Below, piece after piece: positions 37,001-51,727 of a DNA stretch of 64,000 bases (position 1 is the stretch's first letter; every line of letters starts with the position of its first letter). This DNA is from Haliotis cracherodii. Taxonomy: Eukaryota. A model generated the notes under the pieces. It saw only the letters and a program-made list of their open reading frames with translations, was not told the DNA's origin and made no database searches. The stretch covers positions 61,070,001 to 61,134,000 of the forward strand of contig NW_027266275.1 in the NCBI RefSeq assembly GCF_022045235.1, written 5' to 3'. The position numbers were made by a program, and so were the translations under genes.

Positions 37001-38745
37001 AAGTATTTTGTGCATTCATGGAGTATACAAAAGCATTTGATAGTATTTACCGAAATGGGTGGTGGCTTAAACTCAATAAGATGGGAATCGGTGGTAAGTT
37101 TACAATTATGTCCACTGCGCCAAACATCCAATGTATCTTGTGTACACTGCCAGAGGCCAAATATGGCCGGAGTCTAAATAATGCCTGTCTGTCTGTCGTT
37201 AACGGGTCATTTGCACCTCATTAACACGCATGCGCAGTTAAGCAAACAATGATTTGCGCATGTGGGTACTGACATCACATCCCCTATAAACATTTGTCGA
37301 TCAATGTATAATGATGTTTAGTCATGTATTATGTATCAAAATATGTTTAGAGAAATGTTCAGTTACAGCTCTGGACTTAGGCAGGGTGAAACACGCATGC
37401 GCAGTTAAGTAAACAATGAATTGCGTATGTGTGTACTGACATCACATCCCCTGTAACCATTTGTCGATCAATGTATAAATTAAAGATATTTAGTGATGTG
37501 TTAAGTATCAAAATATGTATGGAGAAATATTTAGTTATAGTTCTGGACTTAGGCAGGGTGAAATCCTGTCGCCACTTTTCTTTTCTTTCTTTATTGAAGA
37601 TTTAGAATTTAGTTTGCAAGAAAATTTACAATCTGGCATAGACATAAGTGATCTTATGTTTCTTTTATTACTCCTTGCTGATGCCATGGTCCTAATGAGT
37701 AAAACTGCTTCTGGTCTGCAGGGACATCTTGATAAACTTGCCCATTACTGTAACAAATGGCGGTGGACTGTCAATATTGACAAAAATAAAGTTGTAATTT
37801 TCAGAAAATAATATCAACCATTAGACATACAGTTTTTAAATGAATCAGTTTCTGTAGAAATAGTAAAACAGTTTAATCATTTCGGATTTTTATTGGTGTC
37901 AAATGGTAATCTTACTCCAGCTATCAAAGTGTTATCCGAAAAGGGATTAAAGGCATGTAATAATATTAATAACTGTGATAAAAAAATAAATTGATGTGAA
38001 ATCTTCCTGTGAACTATTTGACACATGTGTGTTACCAGTATTACATCATGGTTGTGAAGTATGGGGTTGGAAAAAAGCTTATTGTATTAAGAGAGTACAT
38101 CGTAAAATTTGTAAATTGATTCTGGGTGCAAAAGATAGTACTACTAATGTGCAGGTATAAGGGGAGTTGGGGAAATTTCCATTAAATATCCAATGTCAAG
38201 TATGTATGGTTAAATATTCGTTTAAGGTCATGTCTTCTTGTCTACTACTTGTATAATAAAAGACATGTATACGACTGTATGTAAAATCACACGAACAACT
38301 GGTATAGTAAAGTCTATATTTTTTGTCAGAGAATGGCTATTACCATGTGTGGATTTAACCTTGTAACGTAAACGTTTCTTCCTTTTGTAAAGTACTGAGG
38401 CAGCGTCATAAGATAATTATATAACACCGTGGAATCGAGAATTAAGAGAATTGTCATATCTTTTATATAAACAGTTTAAGCCAATCTTTGGCATAGAAAA
38501 GTATATTAGTAGTGTATTGATTTATAATCATAGAGTCGCACTTACTAGATTGAGATTATCATCTCATGCTCTCCGAACTGAAACTAGGGGACATGGTAGT
38601 AACAGGATTGCACGGGGGAGAGAAAATGTATAAAATGTAATATCAACGACGTGGAAGCTGAATGTCACTTTGTATTAATTTGTCCTTTCTATAGAAAAGT
38701 GAGATGTTTGTTTATTAAGAAATATTATTATGTAAAGTCATCAGT

Positions 38746-41700
38746 TACCTACCCTGATTGAGTAAGTCGTGTTGTCATTTGCTCTCATACTATTTTAAAT
38801 ATATCGATATAAAGGAACTTTTCTGAAGCTCTGTCGAAAATAGACACCCGACAATGAATCAGGACGCATCTACAAAGCGAAAATCCGGCGAAAACACCCC
38901 AGAATTAGTAAAACAGCAGAAGACGCCGACCCACGAGTTGGGCGATTGTGATTTTGTCAAGTGTGTAATGGCCGCTCCCGTCCCCACCCGGGTCGAGACA
39001 GAGACGCTTCTCCATGCGTCCGCATGTGCCAATTAACTCTTTAAAGTGCTATTTCTATGACAGAATGTGTAAAATGGAGGCACGAATGATGGAGCAAGTT
39101 ATGATTGCATTCAGGACTGAGATTACTGCAGTGAGAGATGAGTTTCAGTCTCACATCGACAAACTTACTGATAGAGTCCTGGGGATTGAAAAGACTTATG
39201 CTTCTGTCGTAAAACAAGATTCTTCTCAATCTGCGACGTTTGTTGTGAAAAATCTTAAGTTTGATGAAAACGAAGATAGTGATGAAAACGTGACTGTAAA
39301 CAAAGTGCAGTGTGTGGGTCGAGACGGACTCCAGCTCCGAGACGTGAAGGTGGTGAGTGCAGTGTGTGGGGCGAGACGGACTCCAGCTCCGAGACGTGAA
39401 GGTGGTGAGTGCTGTGTGTGGGGCGAGACGGACTCCAGCTCCGAGACGTGAAGGTGGTGAGTGCAGTGTGTGGGGCGAGACGGACTCCAGCTCCGAGACG
39501 TGAAGGTGGTGAGTGCAGTGTGTGGGGCGAGACGGACTCCAGCTCCGAGACGTAAAGGTGGTGAGTGCAGTGTGTGGGTCGAGACGGACTCCAGCTCCGA
39601 GACGTGAAGGTGGTGAGTGCTGTGTGTGGGGCGAGACGGACTCCAGCTCCGAGACGTGAAGGTGGTGAGTGCAGTGTGTGGGGCGAGACGGACTCCAGCT
39701 CCGAGACGTGAAGGTGGTGAGTGCTGTGTGTGGGTCGAGACGGACTCCAGCTCCGAGACGTGAAGGTGGTGAGTGCAATGTGTGGGTCGAGACGGACTCC
39801 AGCTCCGAGACGTGAAGGTGGTGAGTGCAGTGTGTGGGGCGAGACGGACTCCAGCTCCGAGACGTGAAGGTGGTGAGTGCAGTGTGTGGGGCGAGACGGA
39901 CTCCAGCTCCGAGACGTGAAGGTGGTGAGTGCGGTGAGAAAGCAGGGCAGGGGATCTAGACCAGGGGTCATCGTCGCCAGGGTCCAGTCCGTCGAGCAGA
40001 AGATTCAGATTTTGAAAAATAAAATAAAATTAAAAGACAATAGATCATTCCCGAATGTGTTTATTGAGAATGATTTACCGTTTGATGTTCGAAACACTGA
40101 GGCATCTCTCCGTACCCTGTTCAGAGAGATGGGTAAGGACAAAGAGTACCATGTACGTGGTACCCGTCTCATCAGGAATGGGAGACAATAGGACACCAGG
40201 CGTCTTAGACTGAGTTGTTAGAACTGTAGTGGGTGGTCTTTGAAAGACAATGATAATTCGAACTTTAGAAACGATGTCTTATTGTTAGGAAATTATGATA
40301 TTATAGGTTTGAGTGAGACTTGTTACGTGATGATGAGAAAATCACAGCACATGTAGATGGCTACCAGTGGATAGGGCATAACAGAATGACATTCGATAAA
40401 CATGCTAAAAGGGGATCAGGTTGGGTTGGGTTTTTAGTTAAGGAAACACTTCTTGATTTTTATGACTGTTCTGTACTTAACAATGAATATGAAGGGATTC
40501 TGTGGATAAAGCTGAGCAATAAGAGTGCAACCTACATATACTGTGTGTGTTACCTACCCCCCTGCCTGCTCCTCTCGCTATGGGACTGACCCCTCAGCGT
40601 TCTTCTCTACACTGCGTCAGCATGTTTATACTTACCAGAACGATGGGGTGTTGTGGTGTGGATGAGTGATTTCATCTGTGAAAGGCAATTAGTAGTACCA
40701 CATGCTATACCTGATCACTCCATCATTGAGTGGGTCACTGATGTACCTGTGTTCGCTCACAGTAGAGACAAGGACACTCAACCTGCAGGGGGAGAGCATA
40801 TACGGCGCTTCAACGTGAAAGATATCCCAGGTGTTTTTCTACAGGATGGGAATTCCGAGGCTGTTGTGGCTGCCATACAGCGTATAGAAGATAGTCTGTC
40901 TACACAGAGAGAAATTAACTCAGCATACGATGAATTTGTGTTTTTTATTACGAAGAGTCTTGATGTTTTCTGCTCCACGAACTCGAAATCACCTAATGCT
41001 ACTACCCGACACAAACGCACCGGTAAACCGTATTGGAATCGGGAGTTACAACTCCAGTGGAATAAAGTGTGTCAATTGGAACGCCAGTGGCGACGAGCTA
41101 ACAACCAGGGACAGAAACGAAACCTACGTAGACTATACTGTAGTCAGAGAACCCACTTTGACAAGTTGCATAGAAAGGTTAAAAAATCATACCAGCTAAA
41201 AGAACAGAGTGTTTTACTGGATCAACTACAGTATTGTAATTCCTCAGTATTTTGGAAATCCTTTGGTAAAATTGGAATTGGAAACGATCGCAAAGTCCGT
41301 ATTCCCATGGAAGTTGCTAACGATGATGGTACCGTAATAACCGACCATGAACTCGTCATGAAAAGATGGAGAGATGACTACGAAGTGCTCTACAACGACA
41401 ATACCAACACAATGTCCTTTGATGATACACACCTGTCGCTTGTACGTAACTCTTTGACGACGGATGACGTCACAACGGTCCGTGATGACATAACAGCCAT
41501 CAACCGTGAGATAACTCGGGATGAAGCCAAGGCTGTTGTTTGACTCTATACCAGCTGAAGCAATTAAGAACGATGTTTGTATTGACATTCTCCAAAGGTT
41601 GATCGAATACTGTTTCGAGAGCGGATGTGTTCCTGAGTCTTGGAAATCTGGAATTATCAACTTTATCGTTAAACCTGGCACCACTGATGTTCGGCAACCA

Positions 41701-44012
41701 CTAACATACAGAGGTATTTGCTTGATTTCAGTCCCGTGCAAGGTATATTGTGACATTATCAGCCTTCATCGAAGATCATAACTTATTAGCTGAGGAGCAA
41801 AATGGCTTCAGGAAACAACGTAGCTGTATGGACCATATATACAGCCTGTATGAGATTATCAACAACAGGAGATGCTCTGACCAATCTACTTTCGCCTGTT
41901 TCATCGACATGAAAAAAGCGTTTGACAACGTAAACAGAGACTGCGTATGGTATAAATTGAAAATGTCAGGTATTGGAGGACCAATGTTGAAAGCAATTCA
42001 ATCTCTATACGAAGGGGTCAATTGTGCTGCTCGGATAAACGACTCTTTAGCTCCATGGTTTAAAGTACAAAATGGTGTTAAGCAAGGATGCCTTTTCTCA
42101 CCAAGCCTTTTTGCCATTTATATTGATGACCTTGCTCGCAGCATTAAGAACTTGAACTGTGGTGTTAAATGCGAATAAAAGTATTCCTCTCTATGCAGAC
42201 GACATAGTGTTACTTGCACCGACATAAGAATATTTACAAATGATGCTCGACAAAGTTCATGAATGGTGTTTTAAGTGGAGATTGGAGCTTAATAGTGAGA
42301 AGTCTCAAGTCGTTCACTTCAGACCAGGCAGGCGAGAATGCTCCAAAGTAACGTTTAAATGTGGTGATATTACATTGAAATACACGCAGTCCTACAAATA
42401 CCTCGGCCTCTGGTTCTATGAACATTTGGACTTCAAGACAGCGATCAACCAGTTGGCAAAATCGGCAGGCAGAGCTCTGAGTGCACTTTTCACCAAGTTT
42501 TGTGATGCAGGTGGAATCGCTATGAGGTATTTACTGCCCTCTATAATTCTTTGATCCAGCCTGTTCTGACGTATGGGGCAGGTATTTGGGGACTCTATGA
42601 ACACATATGCCTTAACACAATCCAAAACAGAGCGTGTCGCTTTTTCCTTGGAGCCATTTGTAAAACTTCGAAAATCGCTACGAGAGGAGTTATGGGTTGG
42701 ACCTCTTGTGTAACCAAAAAGCGTCTTGAGGTCTTCAGATTGTGGATGAGAGTAGGACTTATGCACGAATCCAGACTACCTAACAAGATACATAAGTGGT
42801 CGCTCAACCGGAAGAGATCCTGGGAACACCGAGTGCAGAAGCTGAGTTAAGCCTTGGGACTTGAGCAATACTTAACCGCAGTTAATTCTAAATCCACTGT
42901 ACAACTTATTCGCAAGCAGCTGAACATTCAGGGTGAACAGAAGTGGTGTACTGACCTAAAGGACGATAAAGGACAGTTAACAAACGGAAATAAACTTAGG
43001 ACTTATCGCATGTTTAAGAAAGACCTGTGCCCAGAAGCTTATGTAACCAATACAATGTCTAGACACCACCGCAAGTCCTTCATACGACTGAGACCCTGCA
43101 GTCTGCCTCTGTGTGTAGAGACAGGCAGATATTCTAAGCCACCTATTCCACTTCATGACAGAATCTGTCCTCTCTGCCCCCTAGAAATCGAGGATGAAGC
43201 CCATTTAACCATCACCTGCCCACTCTACTCAGATATAATGTACGATGTCTTCAAGTATGCCCTGAATGTAGACGATGAATTTACGCATAAAAACCCAACA
43301 GAAAAATATGTTTTTAATGCAAAATCCTAATTGCCAACTCTTACTTGCTTCTAAGATTCATCGCATGGTCAGAAGAAGGAATACTATTTTATGATTTATG
43401 TAGTTANNNNNNNNNNNNNNNNNNNNNNNNNNNNNNNNNNNNNNNNNNNNNNNNNNNNNNNNNNNNNNNNNNNNNNNNNNNNNNNNNNNNNNNNNNNNNN
43501 NNNNNNNNNNNNNNNNNNNNNNNNNNNNNNNNNNNNNNNNNNNNNNNNNNNNNNNNNNNNNNNNNNNNNNNNNNNNNNNNNNNNNNNNNNNNNNNNNNNN
43601 NNNNNNNNNNNNNNNNNNNNNNNNNNNNNNNNNNNNNNNNNNNNNNNNNNNNNNNNNNNNNNNNNNNNNNNNNNNNNNNNNNNNNNNNNNNNNNTGCATG
43701 TGTGTGTATGCGTGTATGTATGTGTGTGTATGCGTTCGACTGAATGCATGTTTGTGCGAGAATCTATGTTGTTGATAGACCTGTATGATTGTTCTCATAC
43801 AGGTTTATGTATAATTCATGTTTTAATTATATATTGAATGTATGTACTGTTTGTCATTTGTACTTTCTTAACTTATTGTTGTTCTGTTATATTTTAGATT
43901 ATAGTGTCTCATAGGCCATATGGCCGGGTGCCTTTTATAATTCTATGAATGTACATTTTGTATTTTATCATATGATATGCACGTGACACTTAAATATACA
44001 TTTCCCTCTCTC
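38746..44012 (+). mobile_element. LINE C, unit-2 copy
   Basis: Near-identical to 13613-22645, with a deletion of about 265 bp in the endonuclease at about 40655. Confidence 0.9.
39305..39928. repeat. Same 52-bp minisatellite, 12 copies
   Basis: (39877-39305)/52 = 11 intervals. Confidence 0.97.
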
Positions 44013-44474
44013 GGTCTTGGATCGCCTGGGTGACGGTATAGCGAGACAGCGGTAGCGCTATAGCGTGGTAACTGAGCTGGAACTTCTTATTCTAGTCATA
44101 GCACACATGGCAATAAACGTTAGTCATATGCCGCAAAGGTTTAACCTCATAAAAATAACACCCCCCGACGTTAGTTCATTCTACTACATCTTTTGGAGGC
44201 GATATCAAAGGCGCAGCCCAGCTGCCTGCTTGTGAGTGAGGTATCTATACATTGCTTTTGTTTTGTTTGTTTGTTGTTTAACGCCGCACTCAGGAATATT
44301 CCAGCGGCGGTCTGTAAATAATCGAGTCTGGACCAGACAATCATGTGATTGACATCAAGAGCATCGATCCACGCAATTGGGATCGATGACATGCATCAAC
44401 CAAGTCAGCCAGCCTGACCACCCGATCCCGTTCGTCGCCTCCTACTACAAGCATAGTCGCCTTTTACGGCACGC

Positions 44475-45036
44475 ATGGGTTTTATCTGTACATAGAATGT
44501 TTGAGGGTACAACACAAAAGGCAAGCATGGGTTGTATCTGTACATAGAATGTTTGAGGGTACAACACAGAAGGCAAGCATGGGTTGTATCTGTACATAGA
44601 ATGTTTGAGGGTACAACACAGAAGGCAAGCATTGGTTGTATCTGTTCATAGAATGTTTGAGGGTACAACACAGAAGGCAAGCATGCGTTGTATCTGTACA
44701 TAGAATGTTTGAGGGTACAACACAGAAGGTACACATGGGTTGTATCTGTTCATAGAATGTTTGAGGGTACAACACAAAAGGCAAGCATGGGTTGTATCTG
44801 TACATAGAATGTTTGAGGGTACAACACAGAAGGCAAGCATGGGTTGTATCTGTACATAGAATGTTTGAGGGTACAACACAGAAGGCACACATGGGTTGTA
44901 TCTGTACATAGTATGTTTGAGGGTACAACACAGAAGGCAAGCATGGGTTGTATCTGTACATAGAACGTTTGAGGGTACAACACAGAATGAAAGCATGGGT
45001 TGTATCTGTACATAGAATGTTTGAGGGTACAACATA
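44475..45036. repeat. Second 52-bp minisatellite, about 11 copies
   Basis: Same unit as 23108-23825. Confidence 0.95.
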
Positions 45037-48000
45037 GAAGTTGAATGTCTTTTCCTGAAACCGGTTTGGTAGTCGTAAAACAGCATCTGTACCGCCAACT
45101 GGGTAAAATGGTTTGCTTGTACCAAGGCCATCAAAAGTAAGGGGTTTTTTTGCAGTATATCGCCGCTATGAAATTGGTCTATACCGAAGTGTCCCAGGAT
45201 GTTCTATGCCCATTTCCGACATCGTCCATAATCCAATCTTCAAACGGTTTGCTTGAACCAACGCCGTCAAAAGCACCGCTCGCGGGACATCACCGCTATG
45301 AAACTGGCTTGTGTCGGAACGTCACCCATTTAAGACGTCGTCCATATTCGAGAAACTGCAAAGTACACCGGGAATCGCCTTCATGCGAATACCTAAAATT
45401 ACCGTGCAGTGACCCCTATACAACACGTGGCTTTGAAGGCCTTGGATAGCGTTAGCGCTCGGGGGACAAAATGGCGCCCTTGTGTCAAGCAATTCGGCAG
45501 TGAAGGAAAGCGAGCGCTCCGAATGGTTAAATGGCTCCCGGTCGGTACTATGTATTATAGATCAGATCGTCTTGAATTGGCACCGCCATTTTGTTTAAAA
45601 CAATTGCAAGTGGTATGAGTGATTGAATCCACTCCTGTTAATCACACTGGCTTCGTCATCACATTGTTATCTTTGTACATTCATCCCACCATGTGTTGTG
45701 TAAACATATCATGATAAACGTCCTCAGCATCACCTGATGAAGGAGCAAGAAGTAACTCTGAAACGCCGTGAACAAAGAATAAAAAAAGTTACTATCCATA
45801 TAAAAGTTTCATGTCATCATTTTCTTTCTAACTTCTAAATGCCTTCAGTATGATACGCCTTTGTGTACAAATAAATAATGAAATAACTGGTCAGCGTATT
45901 TTGCTAAAAAGCGAGGAACCGAACAGGAAATGTTATTTTGTTATTTCTTTGTGCAAGTCTTTTGAAAACATACGAAATGAATGTAATATGCAATTTCCCA
46001 TTCACCCGATACAGGGAGATGCATCCAAACTGAAGCTGTTGCTTATTTAGCAAATTCCCGAATACTGCGCCCAACACCGAAGTTATCCATGAAATACCTG
46101 GGCCCACCTGCACAAAGCGAACTTAGTAATACGATTATCGTAAGTCTTTGTTAAAGTATGGGAGTTACGATCATCTATCGCCAACATCGCTCTGCACACA
46201 TCACTGATTGAATACGCACTTATAAAATCTCAGTTGACAGTTGAGGTCTGTTAGCGAGCGGGTGTTGTTTAAATTCGACAGCTACTTAATTGCAATTACG
46301 CAGAAACTATATATGTAAGCCGATCATTCAAAGTGTGAACTTTAGATTGTGTGGGACTACTTTCACTGTTTATAAACCAACATGGCGTCGCCCTCGTCAT
46401 TCGGCGATCGAGTCAGAATTAACCATCGTGAATCTGGATAAACTTCAGGGATAATTGCTATCATTATCAAAAGAACAGTCTAATATACTGAAAATCCGTG
46501 TTTAACTGTGACGTATCTAAGGCATTTTATAAGTTTTGGCAACTTTGGAGATATAAATTTAGAAACAATTTTTGCGAGGGCGCGAGGCCTAGCCGAGCGG
46601 GAACAATAGCCATATCTGTGCTTGTAGACCTCTGCGGCTTGAAACCTTCTCCACAAATTAAAATAGTTTTATTTGGCCGAAATATATTTGAATTGTTACC
46701 TTGTTTCTTTTAGTCGCTGTGTGTACATCTGACTACACTTCTTGACATTATGACAGAGGGCAGTTACTCTAGCGGACAGACCGATGGATTGCCGCGAAAG
46801 GCAATTAAAAACAATTGTTGTTTTGCGTATATGTTGCTTGGCACTGGATAAGAAACAGATTTTCGGTTGGAACTATATTGGCTACTGCCACTGTCCAACT
46901 GACATATCACTTACCCTATGACGTAATAAATATTAATGCGCCCATTCCAGGAAAACTCGCGATGTTTCGGTAATGTTTGTGAGAGAGGGAAAGCGATTTT
47001 GAAGAACAGAATTAAAGAATGACATTATATGATAAAGAGGTTATCACGCTTGTGTGTTTGGTGATGGTAACTATCATGTATTAGGAATAAACACTATGCA
47101 TTCCTAGAGGATATTTACCATCCCCAAACACANNNNNNNNNNNNNNNNNNNNNNNNNNNNNNNNNNNNNNNNNNNNNNNNNNNNNNNNNNNNNNNNNNNN
47201 NNNNNNNNNNNNNNNNNNNNNNNNNNNNNNNNNNNNNNNNNNNNNNNNNNNNNNNNNNNNNNNNNNNNNNNNNNNNNNNNNNNNNNNNNNNNNNNNNNNN
47301 NNNNNNNNNNNNNNACTGAAGACATTAAATTACAAGACTTAATAAACCATAATTTAATGTATAAAATTACAAACACTAATGCGACACGACATCACACATT
47401 CAGCCTGGAAATGCATATCAACCACCCGATGCCCAATTCGTCTCTTTCGGCGAGAACAGAACCTGTTACGTTGATCCTGTATCGTCAGTGGGGTGGTGAC
47501 AGGAGCAATGTTGCGAGAGTAGAGGAATCTGGATGGGTAGGAGGGATTAGAGATGTTGATAAGTACAAATGCGAGTGAGCTTATTTTCCACATCCTAATT
47601 GGTGTAGAGTGAGTGAGTATAGTTTTACTCCGCTTTTAGCAATATTTCAGTAATGTCACGGCGGGGGACACCAGAAATGGCCTTCACACATTGTACCCAT
47701 GTCGGGAATCGAACCCGGGTCTTCGGCGTGTCGTGCGAACGCTTTAACCATAAGGCTACACGAAAGCCACAAATGCGTCTAGAGATGGAGATAGTTACAG
47801 ACTCAAGATATCTCTACAGACTCCATATATTGATGCCTGTACGAACCATCAACTTCTTAATACTCAGCAATGTTTGTTTTACGCCACACCCATCCGATGG
47901 ATTGAGCTATGAGCAACGTCTCCCACTGTCAAGATAGTATGCCACACAATCAACCAAGTCACCGAGTCTGGGGTCCTATCCAAAATATTCTGAGAACTTC

Positions 48001-48150
48001 TCAGAGATCTTGCTCTCTAAGAATGTTTATGAATACCCACCTCGACCGCCAGATCCATTTAATCCAATCAAACGACGAACATAGATTGCCGGAAACCTAT
48101 AGCACATAGAATCCCACAAGTTGAAACACCTGATGAAAATAGCTCCCCGT

Positions 48151-49181
48151 TCATTCAATTCCAGTCCATTTGGGGTAAAAAAAACTTGAATAGTCACTAC
48201 TAAACAATTTTCGTAATACAGATCCTTCTCTTGCTGGGTATTTATAATACACAACAGTACCATTGTTTAGAAATCCAGACCACCATCCATACGTCCCGGT
48301 AGTTTGAATCAAATGATCACATCTCGCCATAATGGCCATATCTGCTATCGCTGTACCTCCAGTCACATGTATGACGCTACCGTCCTTCAGAAGATCCTTT
48401 AAGAAGTCAGGGGACTCAGTTGCAAGGACGAAAGTCACGTGACTGTACCTCGAGCGGAAGTACTCCATTGCACGTTTAATGTATTCCACTGGGGCAAGCT
48501 GATAACCAAAATCTTGGTAATATTTCGCGACTAAGTCCCCTCTTCTGTAATGGATGCCGACTAAGGTGGCACTCGCGTTGGCTGTCAATGACCTTTCATC
48601 ACGAATCTTATTAAGAATACCATCTGCCAATGCTTTTGTAGAATCTGAGAAAACAAATTGACTCCGGATTTTGTCCTCGACGTGAGGGAAGTATCGCCAT
48701 GACTGCAAATAACGTTCTATCCTGACATTTCTATTTGAGTCGAACTTGGTCAATGCTTGGTCGAAGTCACACGGACGTTTTTCGACCAATTTCAAATGAC
48801 CGCTCAGTGACTGAATCTTCATAATTGTCGCGTCCAATGTGAAATGTTTCACCAGCGGGTTGCTTTCATCAATGGCAACACTCATATTCTTTCTCGACGC
48901 AATACCATAAATAGATGCATAAGTAAACATCAGGTTTCCAAGGCGACCAGATTCCATACATATGATGAAATGTTTGTTTCGGTTTTCCGAAATACTGTTA
49001 GACGGGGTTTTATTCAGGTTTTGGCTCGGCGTTCCTATAGTTGTCTGCTGATTCTCCTCGCCGCCATCTTTGATAACGGACTTCGAAGGTTCTACGACTG
49101 TTGGTAGATGACTTGACACGTGGAATCCGTACACCACTATGGAGGCAATACCAAGTAGAACCATATATATTAGTTTTCGAT
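48151..49181 (-). CDS. Alpha-1,2-fucosyltransferase (GT11), copy 3, main coding exon
   Basis: Same motifs, intact, with the acceptor ttttgtttcag conserved. Confidence 0.93.
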
Positions 49182-51711
49182 CTGAAACAAAAATATTATT
49201 GAGTGAGGTATTCGTCTTTTCTTCATGGTTTCTGCAATATGATCTCGGGGGACGCCATGGATGGACATATATATAAAGAGAATCGAACATGGGTTTTCAA
49301 CTTGATAACGCACTCGATGCTCAGTGCACGACTAATAAGCTAACCTGTTCTTGATGGGAACTGTAGTTAGTCGTCCGTCAATTGAACTACAGTAGTTTCG
49401 ACAAAATTTGAACTTGAAATCTGGTGGTTTTAGTGGGGCAGAAAGGTCCTGGCTCTATCGTACCATGCCCGATGTCCTATAAACTATATAAACTTGCTTC
49501 GGACTGTTGAAAAACAAATGGATTGTCTGTCACAAAAATTACATTGTCAAATAGTATATGAAATTGACGATCCCTAAATGGGGGCCCTTTAGGAGTAATT
49601 TAAAAAAAGCAATATATACAGTTGTCCGAAGAAATTACTTCTAAATGCATTTATACAGAAGACTGGTAGCCATGAAACTAATGTAGAAAATATATTTACC
49701 TCTTTTAAAAACATGCTTCCAGGTGACGTCCCGACAGACCATCTTGCAAACAGGATTCACGTCTACAGTTTTCCCAAACCTTTCCAGATGCACCTGTGGA
49801 TCATCATAAAACAATATAGTTTTAAAATCGGAGTTGAAAAGAATTGTACTAGCTAAAAGCGGCATAAAGCCATACTCAAACACTTTTACTAAGGCCATTA
49901 TTTCGACTGCTGCTAATGCGCGATGTCGGGCAACAAACACTTACTGTTTTATACAAATTGTGTGAGTGGCGGGTGCTACCGGGAGGGCAGGTAATGCTTA
50001 CCCTTTTCGCGAACAGCTTGTGTCATCAGTGGTTTTCAGTGATCCAAGCATATCATTTTCACTACAATATGGCCCTCTACGATCAAATGAATATATTTCG
50101 TAGGATAATCGAGACTGGTTACTCTCTGGCGTTGATGTTCTATATCATCATTATCCATCTTCAGCCTTTATATCCATTATTCACATCTAACAGAATTTAC
50201 TATAATTAACTATTTAACTAAAAGTGGTGTATAGTATACACAAAACACACACTTTATATAACATAATATTATAATTTACTTTTTTTCCTTTATGTCCAAT
50301 ATTCACATCTCACGTGCACATAATTTGTTTCTATCGATTACGAATAATAATGTGTTGAGCCATACCAAGTAGATATTTTCATATTGACAAATGATTCTTT
50401 GCGGTAAAAAATGATTGATTTAGTGTTGTTTTTAACCACCGCCAGACATATCCAACCTATCTCACTACGGCTTGTAAATAGTCCCGTCTGGCCCAGACAA
50501 ACCACTGGTGGATATTTTGAGAATATTTCATCGAGATACCACAAAAAATGGTATAACTCAGTACACTGATGTGGCGGGGCAGTTGGCCTGGGAGACATTT
50601 CATCTATCTATCTATCTATCTATCTAGATATCTAGAGAGAATACAAAAGTTACTATTACTATAATTAAAATACAGCTACTATAATTAACTATTTAACTAA
50701 TAGTGGAGCATAGTATACACACAACGTGTTACATGTTTATATAACCACGCACTGTTACACGGGAATAAATATGAACAAATCTGTATATTACACGGCTGTT
50801 CTAGATACCAGTGGCTTTTAAGTGTATAAATAAAATTTGATATTATGGGAAACTCTCCACACCCAATTGCAATGGACACGATAGCACGCCGTTTTCGTCC
50901 TTAACCCCTTGAATGCGAGAGTGACAACGCAGAATGAATCCTCGGACAAGTCTCAGCAGTATCTTTTATCAAACCAGTTTAAATATTTGTAGTTTAACAC
51001 CATTGGATAGGAAATTTTATATTTTATATTTTAAAGTTATTTTATAGCCGGGGATAGATACAGTGCCGCGTCAGCGCAATTCTCGCATAACCCTCGACCC
51101 GTGAAGGTCCGGGGTAGAATAGGTCTTCAGCAACCCATGCTTGCCGTAAAAGGCGACTATGCATGTTGGAAGAGGCAACTAACGGGATTGGGTGGTCAGA
51201 CTCGCTGACTTGGTTGATGCATGTCATCGATGCCTATGATTGTCTGGTCCAGACTCGATAAATAACAGACCGCCGTCATATAGCTGGAATATTGCTGAGT
51301 GTGGCGTTAAACAACAAACAAACAAAGCATAACCTTCACTTTTCAGGTCTTAGGAAAATGTGCGTCAGAAAAATTAACTTGGCATCCAGCGGGGGTTAAC
51401 AACAACAAAAATGTGACGAATAGCGAGGGGTGCATTCTACTCCTGAAAATCCCCTCAGGTTTGCAACAAATGATTGAACATGGTTTTAACCGATATACCC
51501 AAACGCCATGTTTCTCTCGCTTGACCTAACACGAATGCTCCCGCGTCTTATTGACATTAATCCCTTAACAGACGGAGGAAAGATTTCCGCCAGTAAACCC
51601 TGCTTCACATTTTGTCTGGGTTAGGGCAACCTATCCACAACACTAACACTAACCCGATCTCAATACTTCTAGCCGGGGTTATGATGTTTCTAAATTTCGA
51701 GAAACATTTAC

Positions 51712-51727
51712 CTTGACAGTAGTACAT
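51712..51727 (-). CDS. Putative first coding micro-exon of FUT copy 3
   Basis: Identical, and retained despite a nearby unit-3 deletion. Confidence 0.5.

Larger units (their letters stand above)
24467..45677. repeat. Segmental tandem duplication unit 2
   Basis: Colinear with unit 1; shorter mainly because its 52-bp array has 12 copies rather than 82. Confidence 0.95.
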
